Below are positions 26,476-34,270 of a stretch of DNA of 34,270 nucleotides, piece by piece. Position 1 is the first letter of the stretch, and every line of letters starts with the position of its first letter. Below the pieces are notes generated by a model. That model was not told the origin of the DNA. It was given only the letters and a program-made list of their open reading frames with translations, and did no database searches. A program made the translations under genes and the position numbers. Origin of the DNA: an uncultured Clostridium sp. (GTDB lineage Bacteria; Bacillota; Clostridia; TANB77; CAG-508). The stretch covers positions 1 to 34,270 of the forward strand of contig CAMCHB010000001.1 of NCBI GenBank assembly GCA_945874585.1, in the 5' to 3' direction.

Positions 26476-27879
26476 ATGAAAGATAAAACAAAGGTAGAGG
26501 AAATCAATCGAAATATATACGATATCAAAAATAAAGATGAATATCAGTATAAAATGAAAAAAGGCTTAAGCCGAGAAATCATCGAAGAAATTTCTCGTCA
26601 AAAAAAGGAAGCAAAATGGATGAGAGATTTTCGACTAAAAGCCCTAGAGACTTATGAAAAATTGGAAATGCCAACCTGGGGACCATCTTTGGAAGAACTT
26701 CATATGGATGAAATTGCTACTTATGTAAAACCAAAGGGAAATATGAGCGATAATTGGGACGATGTACCAGAAGATATAAAACAAACTTTTGATGTATTAG
26801 GAATTCCAGAAGCAGAGAAAAAATCCTTAGCAGGTGTGGGAGCACAATACGATTCTGAAGTGGTTTACCATAGCATGAAAGAAGATTTGCTAAAACAAGG
26901 TGTTATTTATACCGATATGGAAACAGCAGTACGCGAATACGAAGATTTGGTGAAACAATATTTTATGAAATGTGTTCCAGTATCTGATCATAAATTTGTT
27001 GCTTTGCATGGAGCTGTTTGGTCAGGCGGATCTTTTGTGTATGTACCAAAGGGAGTGCAAGTAGATATTCCACTCCAATCTTATTTCCGTTTAAATTCTC
27101 CAGAATCGGGTCAATTTGAACATACTCTTATTATTGTGGAAGAAGGAGCTCGCTTGCATTTTATCGAAGGATGTTCAGCTCCTAAATACAATAAAGTCAA
27201 TCTACATGCTGGATGTGTTGAGCTATTTGTGAAAAAGAACGCTTATTTACGTTATTCAACCATTGAGAATTGGTCTAAGAATATGTTAAACCTAAACACC
27301 AAAAAGGCAATTGTTGAAGAAAATGGTCAAATTGATTGGGTAACCGGTTCTTTTGGATCTAAGATTTCAATGCTTTATCCGATGAGTATTTTAAAAGGAG
27401 AAGGAGCTAAGACAGAATTTACAGGTATCTCTTTTGCTGGAAAGGGACAAAATTTGGATACAGGATTTAAGGTCGTACATTTGGCACCACATACCTCTTC
27501 TGTTGTTAATTCAAAATCTATTTCGAAAAATGGAGGAGTTGCAACCTATCGTAGTTTGGTACAAATAATGCCACAAGCCAAAGATTCTAAATGTACGGTA
27601 TCCTGTGAATCCTTGATGTTAGATAGTATTTCTCGTTCAGATACCATTCCTGTTAATGATGTACGAACCGAAGAAGTGGAATTGTCTCATGAAGCAAAAA
27701 TAGGAAAAATTAGTGATAAATCTATTTTTTACTTAATGGCAAGAGGTTTGTCAGAAGAAGAAGCAAAAGCTATGATTGTTAGAGGATTTGCTTATCCAAT
27801 TTCCAAAGAATTACCAGTTGAATATGCAGTGGAAATGAACAATTTAATCAATCTTGAATTAGAAGGGAGTATTGGATAA
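26476..27879 (+). CDS. sufB: Fe-S cluster assembly scaffold protein SufB
   Basis: 467 aa. SufB-type sequence with a conserved beta-helix core (FEHTLIIVEEGARLHFIEGCSAP, TIENWSKN) and C-terminus EAKIGKISDKSIFYLMARGLSEEEAKAMIVRGF. Confidence 0.95.
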   Translation: MKDKTKVEEINRNIYDIKNKDEYQYKMKKGLSREIIEEISRQKKEAKWMRDFRLKALETYEKLEMPTWGPSLEELHMDEIATYVKPKGNMSDNWDDVPEDIKQTFDVLGIPEAEKKSLAGVGAQYDSEVVYHSMKEDLLKQGVIYTDMETAVREYEDLVKQYFMKCVPVSDHKFVALHGAVWSGGSFVYVPKGVQVDIPLQSYFRLNSPESGQFEHTLIIVEEGARLHFIEGCSAPKYNKVNLHAGCVELFVKKNAYLRYSTIENWSKNMLNLNTKKAIVEENGQIDWVTGSFGSKISMLYPMSILKGEGAKTEFTGISFAGKGQNLDTGFKVVHLAPHTSSVVNSKSISKNGGVATYRSLVQIMPQAKDSKCTVSCESLMLDSISRSDTIPVNDVRTEEVELSHEAKIGKISDKSIFYLMARGLSEEEAKAMIVRGFAYPISKELPVEYAVEMNNLINLELEGSIG

Positions 27880-28937
27880 TGAATGAATTGATATTAAATA
27901 AGACGCCGATGAGAACCTCTAGAAATTTTGGTATGAATGAAATTAAAGTAGCAGATGTAGAGATACCAAGCCAATTAGAAACTTTTGATGCGGTTCAGAT
28001 TGTTAATCCAAATCCACAGGTAACCATTACCCGTCAAACAAAGGAAGAAACGATTGCCTATGGTGTGGGAGAAATGATGGTTCAGCAAGTGCAAGAACAC
28101 TCTAATTGTCGTATGCATATAAATATTGTAGGGAAAACACAAGATACAATCTTTCTTGGCTTTCCATGCAGTGCAAAAGAAAAAAATTTGGTAGAATATA
28201 TTCAAATTGAAGCGGAAGAAAATGCATCTGCTCATCTGGTATTACAATATAGTTCAGAAGACGAAGATGTATTTCACAATGGTATGTGTACCGTTGTGGC
28301 ACACAAAAATGCCAATATTTCCATTACGTTTTTGAATTTATTAGGCCAAAATGCCAATCATTTTTATACGTTCCAAAATGATCTACGAGAGGGAGCTCAT
28401 TTGAATTATACCATGGTAGATTTCGGTGGAAAAAATCGTATCACTAATTATTATACCAAAGAGGCAGAAAATGCCGTCAGTCAATTGGATACGATTTATA
28501 TCGGAGAAAACAAGGAACGATTGGATTTAAACTATATTACAGAATTGTTTGGCAAACAGTCAAAAGTGAAAATGAATGTACAAGGTGCTTTAAAAGATGA
28601 GGCTAAGAAGAATTTTAAAGGAACCATTGACTTTAAAAAAGGTGCTTCTCAGGCGGTTGGTTCTGAAAACGAATATTGTATCTTACTTTCCGATCATGTA
28701 AGATCTAAATCATTGCCAATGCTACTATGTTCTGAAGAAGATGTCGATGGAGAGCATAGTGCAGCTGCTGGAAAAGTAGATGAAAAAGAATTGTTCTACT
28801 TGATGAGTCGAGGTTTTAGTTATCAAGAATCTTTAAAACTAATGGTAAGAGCAAGATTTCATAAAGTGATTCAGAAATTAGAAGACGATTTAAAAGAAAA
28901 AGTATTGAAACAAATCGATCAAAGATTAAAGGATTAA
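27879..28937 (+). CDS. sufD: Fe-S cluster assembly protein SufD
   Basis: SufB/D-family C-terminus (EHSAAAGKVDEKELFYLMSRGFSYQESLKLMV). Its start overlaps the sufB stop (TAATG). The position within the suf operon fits. Confidence 0.88.
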   Translation: MNELILNKTPMRTSRNFGMNEIKVADVEIPSQLETFDAVQIVNPNPQVTITRQTKEETIAYGVGEMMVQQVQEHSNCRMHINIVGKTQDTIFLGFPCSAKEKNLVEYIQIEAEENASAHLVLQYSSEDEDVFHNGMCTVVAHKNANISITFLNLLGQNANHFYTFQNDLREGAHLNYTMVDFGGKNRITNYYTKEAENAVSQLDTIYIGENKERLDLNYITELFGKQSKVKMNVQGALKDEAKKNFKGTIDFKKGASQAVGSENEYCILLSDHVRSKSLPMLLCSEEDVDGEHSAAAGKVDEKELFYLMSRGFSYQESLKLMVRARFHKVIQKLEDDLKEKVLKQIDQRLKD

Positions 28938-28939
28938 AA

Positions 28940-30178
28940 ATGAAAGGATGGAAAATTATGAAAGCAGAAGATATTAAAAAAGATTTCCCTATATTTGATA
29001 ACAATTCTATGGTCTATTTAGACAGCGGTGCAACATCACAAAGACCAAGACAAGTTATCCAAAAAATTGAAGAGTTTTATCAAAACGAAAATGCAAATCC
29101 TCATAGAGGTTCTTATAAATTAAGCATGGAGGCAACCGAAGCTTATGAAGGAGCTCGTGCCAAGGTGGCTCAGTTTATTCATGCCAAACATCCAGAAGAG
29201 ATTATTTTTACCAAAAACGCAACAGAGGCCTTAAATTTAATTGCCTATTCTTATGGAATGGACAATGTAAAAAAAGGTGATGAAGTGGTAATTTCCATTA
29301 TGGAACATCATTCTAATTTGGTGCCATGGCAAAAGGTAACCAAGGTAAAAGAAGGCACATTAAAATATATGTATATCAATGAGAATTATGAATTGGATCG
29401 TGCTGAAATTGAAAAGAAGATTACAAAGCAAACAAAAATTGTAGGAATAGCACAAGTATCCAATGTTTTAGGAACCATAAATCCAGTCAAAGAAATCATT
29501 GAAATAGCTCATAAAAATGGTGCTGTTGTAGTAGTGGATGTATCTCAAAGTATACCTCATATGAAAATTGATGTGCAAGATTTAGATGCTGATTTTGTTG
29601 TCTTTTCTGGACACAAAATGTTGGCTCCTTTGGGTATTGGTGTGTTATATGGCAAGAAAAATCTTTTGAATAACATGACGCCATTTTTAATGGGAGGCGA
29701 CATGATTGAATATGTGTACGAGCAAGAAACAACCTTTGCTCCTATTCCTAACAAATTTGAGGCTGGAACTCAAAATGCTGGTGGTGCAGTCGGATTAGCA
29801 GCAGCTATTGATTATATCAATTCAATTGGTTATGAAAATATTCATGCTATTGAAACAGAAGTGCTAGGTTATGCCATGGAAGAATTGAAAAAATTAGATT
29901 ATGTGGATGTTTATAGTACCAATTGCTTAGATCATCATTCTTCTGTTATTTCTTTCAATATCAAGGGAATTCATCCACATGATGTGGCTAGTATTTTGGA
30001 CTCTGTCAATGTAGCCATTCGTTCTGGTAATCATTGTGCACAACCATTGCTTCGCTTTTTGAAATTGGATTCTACTTGCCGTGCAAGTTTTAGCTTTTAC
30101 AATACCAAAGAAGATGTGGATCGTTTAATAGCGGGTATCAAAAAGACGCATGATATGTTTGCACAATATACCAAATAG
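28940..30178 (+). CDS. sufS: Cysteine desulfurase SufS (class V aminotransferase, group II)
   Basis: IKKDFPIF...YLDSGATSQRP, HHSN, PLP-lysine context FSGHKMLAPLGIGV, and catalytic Cys loop RSGNHCAQP. The start is either ATG 28940 or in-frame ATG 28958; both have SD-like sequences. Confidence 0.93.
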   Translation: MKGWKIMKAEDIKKDFPIFDNNSMVYLDSGATSQRPRQVIQKIEEFYQNENANPHRGSYKLSMEATEAYEGARAKVAQFIHAKHPEEIIFTKNATEALNLIAYSYGMDNVKKGDEVVISIMEHHSNLVPWQKVTKVKEGTLKYMYINENYELDRAEIEKKITKQTKIVGIAQVSNVLGTINPVKEIIEIAHKNGAVVVVDVSQSIPHMKIDVQDLDADFVVFSGHKMLAPLGIGVLYGKKNLLNNMTPFLMGGDMIEYVYEQETTFAPIPNKFEAGTQNAGGAVGLAAAIDYINSIGYENIHAIETEVLGYAMEELKKLDYVDVYSTNCLDHHSSVISFNIKGIHPHDVASILDSVNVAIRSGNHCAQPLLRFLKLDSTCRASFSFYNTKEDVDRLIAGIKKTHDMFAQYTK

Positions 30179-30199
30179 AAGACAAACGGAGGGAAGAAA

Positions 30200-30631
30200 A
30201 TGGATGAGTTAACACAAGTATACAATGACATTATTATGGAGCATAGCATGAATTCCTATAATCGAAAAAAAATGGCAAACCCAGATTTCGTGGAAAAGGG
30301 ACACAATCCCAATTGTGGTGATGAAATTGAACTAGAAGTTAAAATGGATGGTGATCGTATCGCAGATATGACATTTACAGGGCATGGATGCGCGATTTCA
30401 CAAAGTTCTACTTCTGTCATGATTGATGTGCTAAAAGGCAAGACCATAGCAGAAGCAAAAGAATTGATTGCTACGTTTATAGGAATGATTAAAAGAGAAA
30501 TCAAAGATGAAGATGAGTTAGCAAAATTAGATGAAGCAATTGCTTTTCGTAATGTAGCGAATATGCCAGCCAGAGTAAAATGTGCTTTATTGGCATGGCA
30601 TACCATGGAAGATCTATTAGAAAAAAAATAA
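30200..30631 (+). CDS. sufU: Fe-S cluster assembly sulfur-transfer protein SufU (IscU/NifU-like)
   Basis: The three ligand cysteines are in canonical contexts: NPNCGDE, GHGCAISQSS and RVKCALLAW. Size is 143 aa. Confidence 0.93.
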   Translation: MDELTQVYNDIIMEHSMNSYNRKKMANPDFVEKGHNPNCGDEIELEVKMDGDRIADMTFTGHGCAISQSSTSVMIDVLKGKTIAEAKELIATFIGMIKREIKDEDELAKLDEAIAFRNVANMPARVKCALLAWHTMEDLLEKK

Positions 30632-30637
30632 ACAAGG

Positions 30638-30666
30638 GAGAATAGCAAAATGGCTATTCTCTTTTT
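30638..30666 (+). terminator. Rho-independent terminator of the suf operon
   Basis: GAGAATAGC (30638-30646) pairs with GCTATTCTC (30653-30661) as a perfect 9-bp stem with a 6-nt loop, followed by TTTTT. Confidence 0.8.
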
Positions 30667-30726
30667 GCTATTGTAGACTTGTTTCATTTATGATATAGTA
30701 ACGAAAGAAAGGAAACGAGAAAGTGC

Positions 30727-32940
30727 ATGGAATTAAAAGGTCAATTAGAAGAATTTATTTATCAAAATGAAATGAATGGTTATAGCATTGGCATTTTGGA
30801 TACAGAAGAAGAAAAGGTGACAGTAGTTGGCTATTTGCCTTTTATTAACAAAGGAGATACTTTAAAATTGTTTGGAAAATATGTTATCCATCAAGAATAT
30901 GGTCGTCAATTTAAGATCGATACATTTGAAAAAGTGCTTCCGGAAACATTGGAGGGACTAGAAAAATATTTAGCCAGTGGTATTGTAAAGGGAGTAGGAC
31001 CATCAACTGCTAAAAAAATTGTAGAAACTTTTCAAGATAGTACATTAGCAGTGTTGAAACAGGAACCAGAAAAACTAAGTCAAATCAAAGGGATTTCACA
31101 TGAAAAAGCCATCAGTATAGCAGAAGAATTCAACGAAAAATGGGAGTTGTGGCAGATTGTTGGCTTTTTAGAACGATTTGGAATTAGTACAGCTAATTGC
31201 AAAAAAGTTTACGATGCACTAGGAAAAGATGCTATTGAAAAAATTGAAGCAGATCCGTATCTTTTAATTGATATTACGTATGGTGTGGATTTTAAGCGAA
31301 TTGATAAAATGGCAATGGAAATTGGGATTGATTCTATGAGTCCGAAACGAATCGAAAGTGCCATTAAATATGCTTTAAATCTGGCTGGCAATAATGGGCA
31401 TACCTGTGTGCTACAAGAAAATTTGAAACGATTTGTGCAAGATTTATTGCATCTGCCAGAAGAACCCATCCAAAATGCGATGATCAATTTAAAAGCCAAA
31501 AAACAGATTATGGTATTGGAAAAAGAAGAAAGCAAATGGATTTATCTTTATCCTTGTTACCAAGCAGAAGAAAATATAGCGGTTCATTTGTGTGCTTTAT
31601 TAAAAAGTAAAAATACCAAAAAAGTGAAAAACATCCAAAAAGAATTGCATAAGCAAGAAGTTCAATTTCAGATTGAATTGTCAGAAAAGCAAAAAGAAGC
31701 CATTGAAATGGTTAATGAACATAATGTTTGTTTGATAACAGGTGGGCCAGGAACTGGTAAAACAACGATTATTAAAAATATCATCCAATTGTATCAGACA
31801 CAAAAAATGAAAGTGGTTTTGTGTGCTCCTACGGGAAGAGCAGCCAAAAGAATGACAGAAGCAACAGGCGAAGAAGCCAAAACGATTCACCGCTTATTGG
31901 AAATAGGAAAAATTGAAGAAGAGAAAAACTTTATGGTGGATTATGATGTAGCACCAATCGATGCAGATGTTATTATTATTGATGAGATGTCAATGGTGGA
32001 TACCTATATTATGAACTATGTTATGAAGGCTATCTATTTGGGAACCAAGCTTGTTTTAGTTGGAGATGAAAATCAATTACCATCTGTAGGACCTGGGAAA
32101 GTATTAAAAGATATGATCGAATCAGGTCGTATCCCAACTGTATGTTTAAATAAAATTTTTAGACAAGCAGCTAAAAGCCAAATCATTGTGAATGCCCACC
32201 AGGTGAACCAGGGCCTTCCTTTTATTGAAAAGAAAGAAATGGAAAGTGATCACCAAGAAGACTTTTTCTGGATTCACGAATCTGTTCCAGAGCGTATGTT
32301 GTATCACGTTTTGTCACTTTCCAAAGATCGCTTGGCACAATATGGAGATTATGAATTTTATCGTAATATCCAAGTGTTAAGTCCAACTAAAAAAGGCATG
32401 ATGGGAACCAGAGAATTAAATCAACAATTGCAAAGTTTATTAAATCCACCGGAAAACGGAAAAAAAGAGAAAAAATACGGTGAAATTGTGTTTCGTGAGG
32501 GAGATAAAGTGATGCAAATCAAAAATAATTATGATATTATATGGGAGAAAAATGGTGATCACTATGAAACTGGTTCCGGTATTTTTAATGGAGAGATGGG
32601 AATTCTAAAAAAGATTGATGAAGAATCCAAACAAGTAAAAATTGTATTTGATGATGATAAAATTGTGTGGTATACTTTTAACGAATTGGATCAAATTGAA
32701 CATTCTTATTGTATTACCATTCACAAATCGCAAGGAAGTGAATTTGATGTTGCTATTTTGGTAGTGCCCAATACCTATGCTATGTTATTAAATCGAAATT
32801 TATTGTATACAGGTATTACGAGAGCTAAAAAAATGTTGGTTTTAATTGGGGGGCAGGATACCATTCAACATATGATTCAGAACACTAATATAAAGCAGAG
32901 AAATACGGGACTAGCTTATTTGATTCAGCAAGTGAAATAG
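30727..32940 (+). CDS. recD2: ATP-dependent RecD-like DNA helicase (RecD2/YrrC, SF1B)
   Basis: N-terminal OB/HhH region (GVGPSTAKKIVETF), Walker A GGPGTGKT, Walker B IIIDEMSMVD, VGDENQLPSVGPG, and motif V/VI ITIHKSQGSEF...LYTGITRAK. Confidence 0.93.
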   Translation: MELKGQLEEFIYQNEMNGYSIGILDTEEEKVTVVGYLPFINKGDTLKLFGKYVIHQEYGRQFKIDTFEKVLPETLEGLEKYLASGIVKGVGPSTAKKIVETFQDSTLAVLKQEPEKLSQIKGISHEKAISIAEEFNEKWELWQIVGFLERFGISTANCKKVYDALGKDAIEKIEADPYLLIDITYGVDFKRIDKMAMEIGIDSMSPKRIESAIKYALNLAGNNGHTCVLQENLKRFVQDLLHLPEEPIQNAMINLKAKKQIMVLEKEESKWIYLYPCYQAEENIAVHLCALLKSKNTKKVKNIQKELHKQEVQFQIELSEKQKEAIEMVNEHNVCLITGGPGTGKTTIIKNIIQLYQTQKMKVVLCAPTGRAAKRMTEATGEEAKTIHRLLEIGKIEEEKNFMVDYDVAPIDADVIIIDEMSMVDTYIMNYVMKAIYLGTKLVLVGDENQLPSVGPGKVLKDMIESGRIPTVCLNKIFRQAAKSQIIVNAHQVNQGLPFIEKKEMESDHQEDFFWIHESVPERMLYHVLSLSKDRLAQYGDYEFYRNIQVLSPTKKGMMGTRELNQQLQSLLNPPENGKKEKKYGEIVFREGDKVMQIKNNYDIIWEKNGDHYETGSGIFNGEMGILKKIDEESKQVKIVFDDDKIVWYTFNELDQIEHSYCITIHKSQGSEFDVAILVVPNTYAMLLNRNLLYTGITRAKKMLVLIGGQDTIQHMIQNTNIKQRNTGLAYLIQQVK

Positions 32941-32962
32941 CGGGGGCAGTTAGGAGTTGCTA

Positions 32963-33604
32963 GTGCTAAAGAAAATTATCGACTTGTGTTATCCCAATGT
33001 TTGTGGCTTTTGTGGTACTATTACCAAAGAAGTCATATGCACCAAATGTATATTGCGCTGGAAAGAATGCAAGCAGACTACGATTCAAAAGAACCTAGCT
33101 AAGAGCTATCAAGAATATGCCTATTTGTTTCCTTATACTGGTTTGATTCGCCAAAGAATGATTCAGTATAAATTTTATGGGGCTACTTATTTGTATCGTT
33201 TTTGGGGACAAATGATTTGTCAGGAAAAAAGTTTGAGACAGTGGATACAAGCGTATGACTGTATCATTCCAGTACCGATTCATCCCAAACGAAAACGAAA
33301 AAGGGGTTTTAATCAAGCCGAGCTAGTGGCAAAAGAAATTGGAAGTAGATTAGACATTCCAGTTGAAACCAATGTCTTATACAAATTGGTTCATAATCCG
33401 CCACAAAGCAGTTTGAACAAAGAAAAACGAAAAAGGAATATTCTGCAGGTGTATCGCTTACGAAACCAGTATCTCATCCAAGGCAAAAAAGTATTGCTTC
33501 TAGATGATATTTATACAACCGGAAACACAGTCGAGGCGTGTAGTCGTGTGATACAACAAGCCTCAGTAAAGAAAATTGGCGTTTTGACAATTTCAAAAGA
33601 TTAA
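32963..33604 (+). CDS. comFC: ComF family protein (ComFC-like phosphoribosyltransferase-fold protein)
   Basis: N-terminal Cys4 zinc-finger pattern (CYPNVCGFCG...CTKC), RGFNQAE, and PRPP-binding-type loop VLLLDDIYTTGNT. Preferred start is GTG 32963, 6 nt after SD AGGAG; the track start TTG 32957 is too close to the SD. Confidence 0.88.
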   Translation: MLKKIIDLCYPNVCGFCGTITKEVICTKCILRWKECKQTTIQKNLAKSYQEYAYLFPYTGLIRQRMIQYKFYGATYLYRFWGQMICQEKSLRQWIQAYDCIIPVPIHPKRKRKRGFNQAELVAKEIGSRLDIPVETNVLYKLVHNPPQSSLNKEKRKRNILQVYRLRNQYLIQGKKVLLLDDIYTTGNTVEACSRVIQQASVKKIGVLTISKD

Positions 33605-33616
33605 AGAGGAGGAAAC

Positions 33617-34270
33617 ATGGAGGATTTAGTAGAAAGTATATTAGATTATGTAAGAGCTGATTATACAGATTACGCCATTATGATCAATGGTGAGTGGGGA
33701 AGCGGAAAAACTTATTTTTGGAATCATAAAGTACGTAATAAAATTGAATCTTTGAAACTCAATGGAAAACAATATACAACCATATATATGTCTTTGTATG
33801 GTATTTCAAATTTGGAAGATATTAGTAAAAAAATTTTTATCGAGACAACACAATTGATGGATAAAAATTTAAAACGTTATATGTATGCCCATAATCAAAT
33901 AACCATACCAGAATATGCCAAAACTGGTTTGGATATGGCTAATTTTTTTGGGGTAACCAAAAATGGAGACCGTGTGGATTATGAGCAATTTTTTACAACG
34001 GATGATAAAATTTTATGTTTTGACGATTTGGAAAGAGCCAATGTAGATGTTATTGATATTTTGGGTTATATCAATAATTTCGTTGAACATGATCACATTA
34101 AAACCATTATTATTTGTAATGAAAAAGAATTATCTAACAAATTAAAAAGTTCTAATTTGGAGATGAAAACTTTCATTGCTACCTATCTTTTGGATAAAGA
34201 AGGGGATTTGTCAAAAAGTGATAAGCCAATGGTAGAAAAAATACGTGACAAAATTGAATACGTATTTGAT
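33617..34270 (+). CDS. KAP-family P-loop NTPase, 3' end truncated by the window edge
   Basis: This gene is not in the ORF track because the frame stays open to the end of the window. SD AAGAGGAGG (33604-33612) precedes ATG 33617. Walker A lies in typical KAP context (AIMINGEWGSGKTYFW) and Walker B is ILCFDDLER. Confidence 0.75.
   Translation, partial: MEDLVESILDYVRADYTDYAIMINGEWGSGKTYFWNHKVRNKIESLKLNGKQYTTIYMSLYGISNLEDISKKIFIETTQLMDKNLKRYMYAHNQITIPEYAKTGLDMANFFGVTKNGDRVDYEQFFTTDDKILCFDDLERANVDVIDILGYINNFVEHDHIKTIIICNEKELSNKLKSSNLEMKTFIATYLLDKEGDLSKSDKPMVEKIRDKIEYVFD

Noticed and set aside
30256-30687. 143 aa ORF on the - strand, the same length as sufU and fully antisense to it
   Set aside because: It lies opposite a gene with unambiguous SufU motifs and extends through the suf terminator. 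It has a low-complexity S/I/F-rich composition, no SD and no recognisable motif. This is a typical shadow ORF in AT-rich DNA.
1-34270. Search by eye for rRNA, tRNA, CRISPR arrays, IS/transposase or integrase genes, prophage modules and toxin-antitoxin pairs
   Set aside because: None was found. Intergenic regions are short (the longest is ~360 nt at 22177-22538). No regularly spaced direct repeats, cloverleaf-compatible segments or recombinase motifs are apparent. A covariance-model scan (Infernal/tRNAscan) would be needed for certainty about small RNAs.

Overview
This is an AT-rich, low-GC Firmicutes-type chromosomal segment, judged from gene content and Shine-Dalgarno usage. It is densely coded and nearly all genes are on the + strand; only mutS2 is on the - strand. 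Most of it is recognisable housekeeping. In order: sepF (5' end cut by the window edge), a DivIVA-domain gene, rsmD, ftsK/spoIIIE, a beta-CASP MBL-fold hydrolase, a GH15 glycoside hydrolase, radA-disA, a stand-alone radical SAM enzyme, an OmpR/HAMP-kinase two-component pair, tcdA, mutS2, lepA, rlmB, a DtxR/MntR-like regulator heading sufCBDSU, recD2, comFC, and a 3'-truncated KAP-family P-loop NTPase. I found no rRNA, tRNA, CRISPR array, transposase or integrase. The parts that do not fit the housekeeping picture are listed here.
1. A self-contained promoter-to-hairpin unit encodes two paralogous ~51 aa two-helix membrane peptides that the ORF track does not show in their proper form. It sits directly upstream of a kinase with almost no extracytoplasmic domain.
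2. A 653 aa protein has a pilin-like N-terminus lacking Glu+5 and a large C-terminal domain that looks FGE/C-type-lectin-like. It follows disA, and no pilus machinery is nearby.
3. A 523 aa coiled-coil orphan lies between ftsK and the beta-CASP hydrolase.
4. Two genes (the DivIVA-like gene and the DtxR-like gene) are each split by an apparent single extra nucleotide.
5. The DtxR-like regulator of the suf operon has substituted metal ligands and an added four-Cys tail.
6. A CIRCE-like perfect palindrome lies upstream of lepA.
7. A KAP NTPase gene is inserted after comFC at the window edge.
All functional calls rest on motif recognition by eye. No database search was run.
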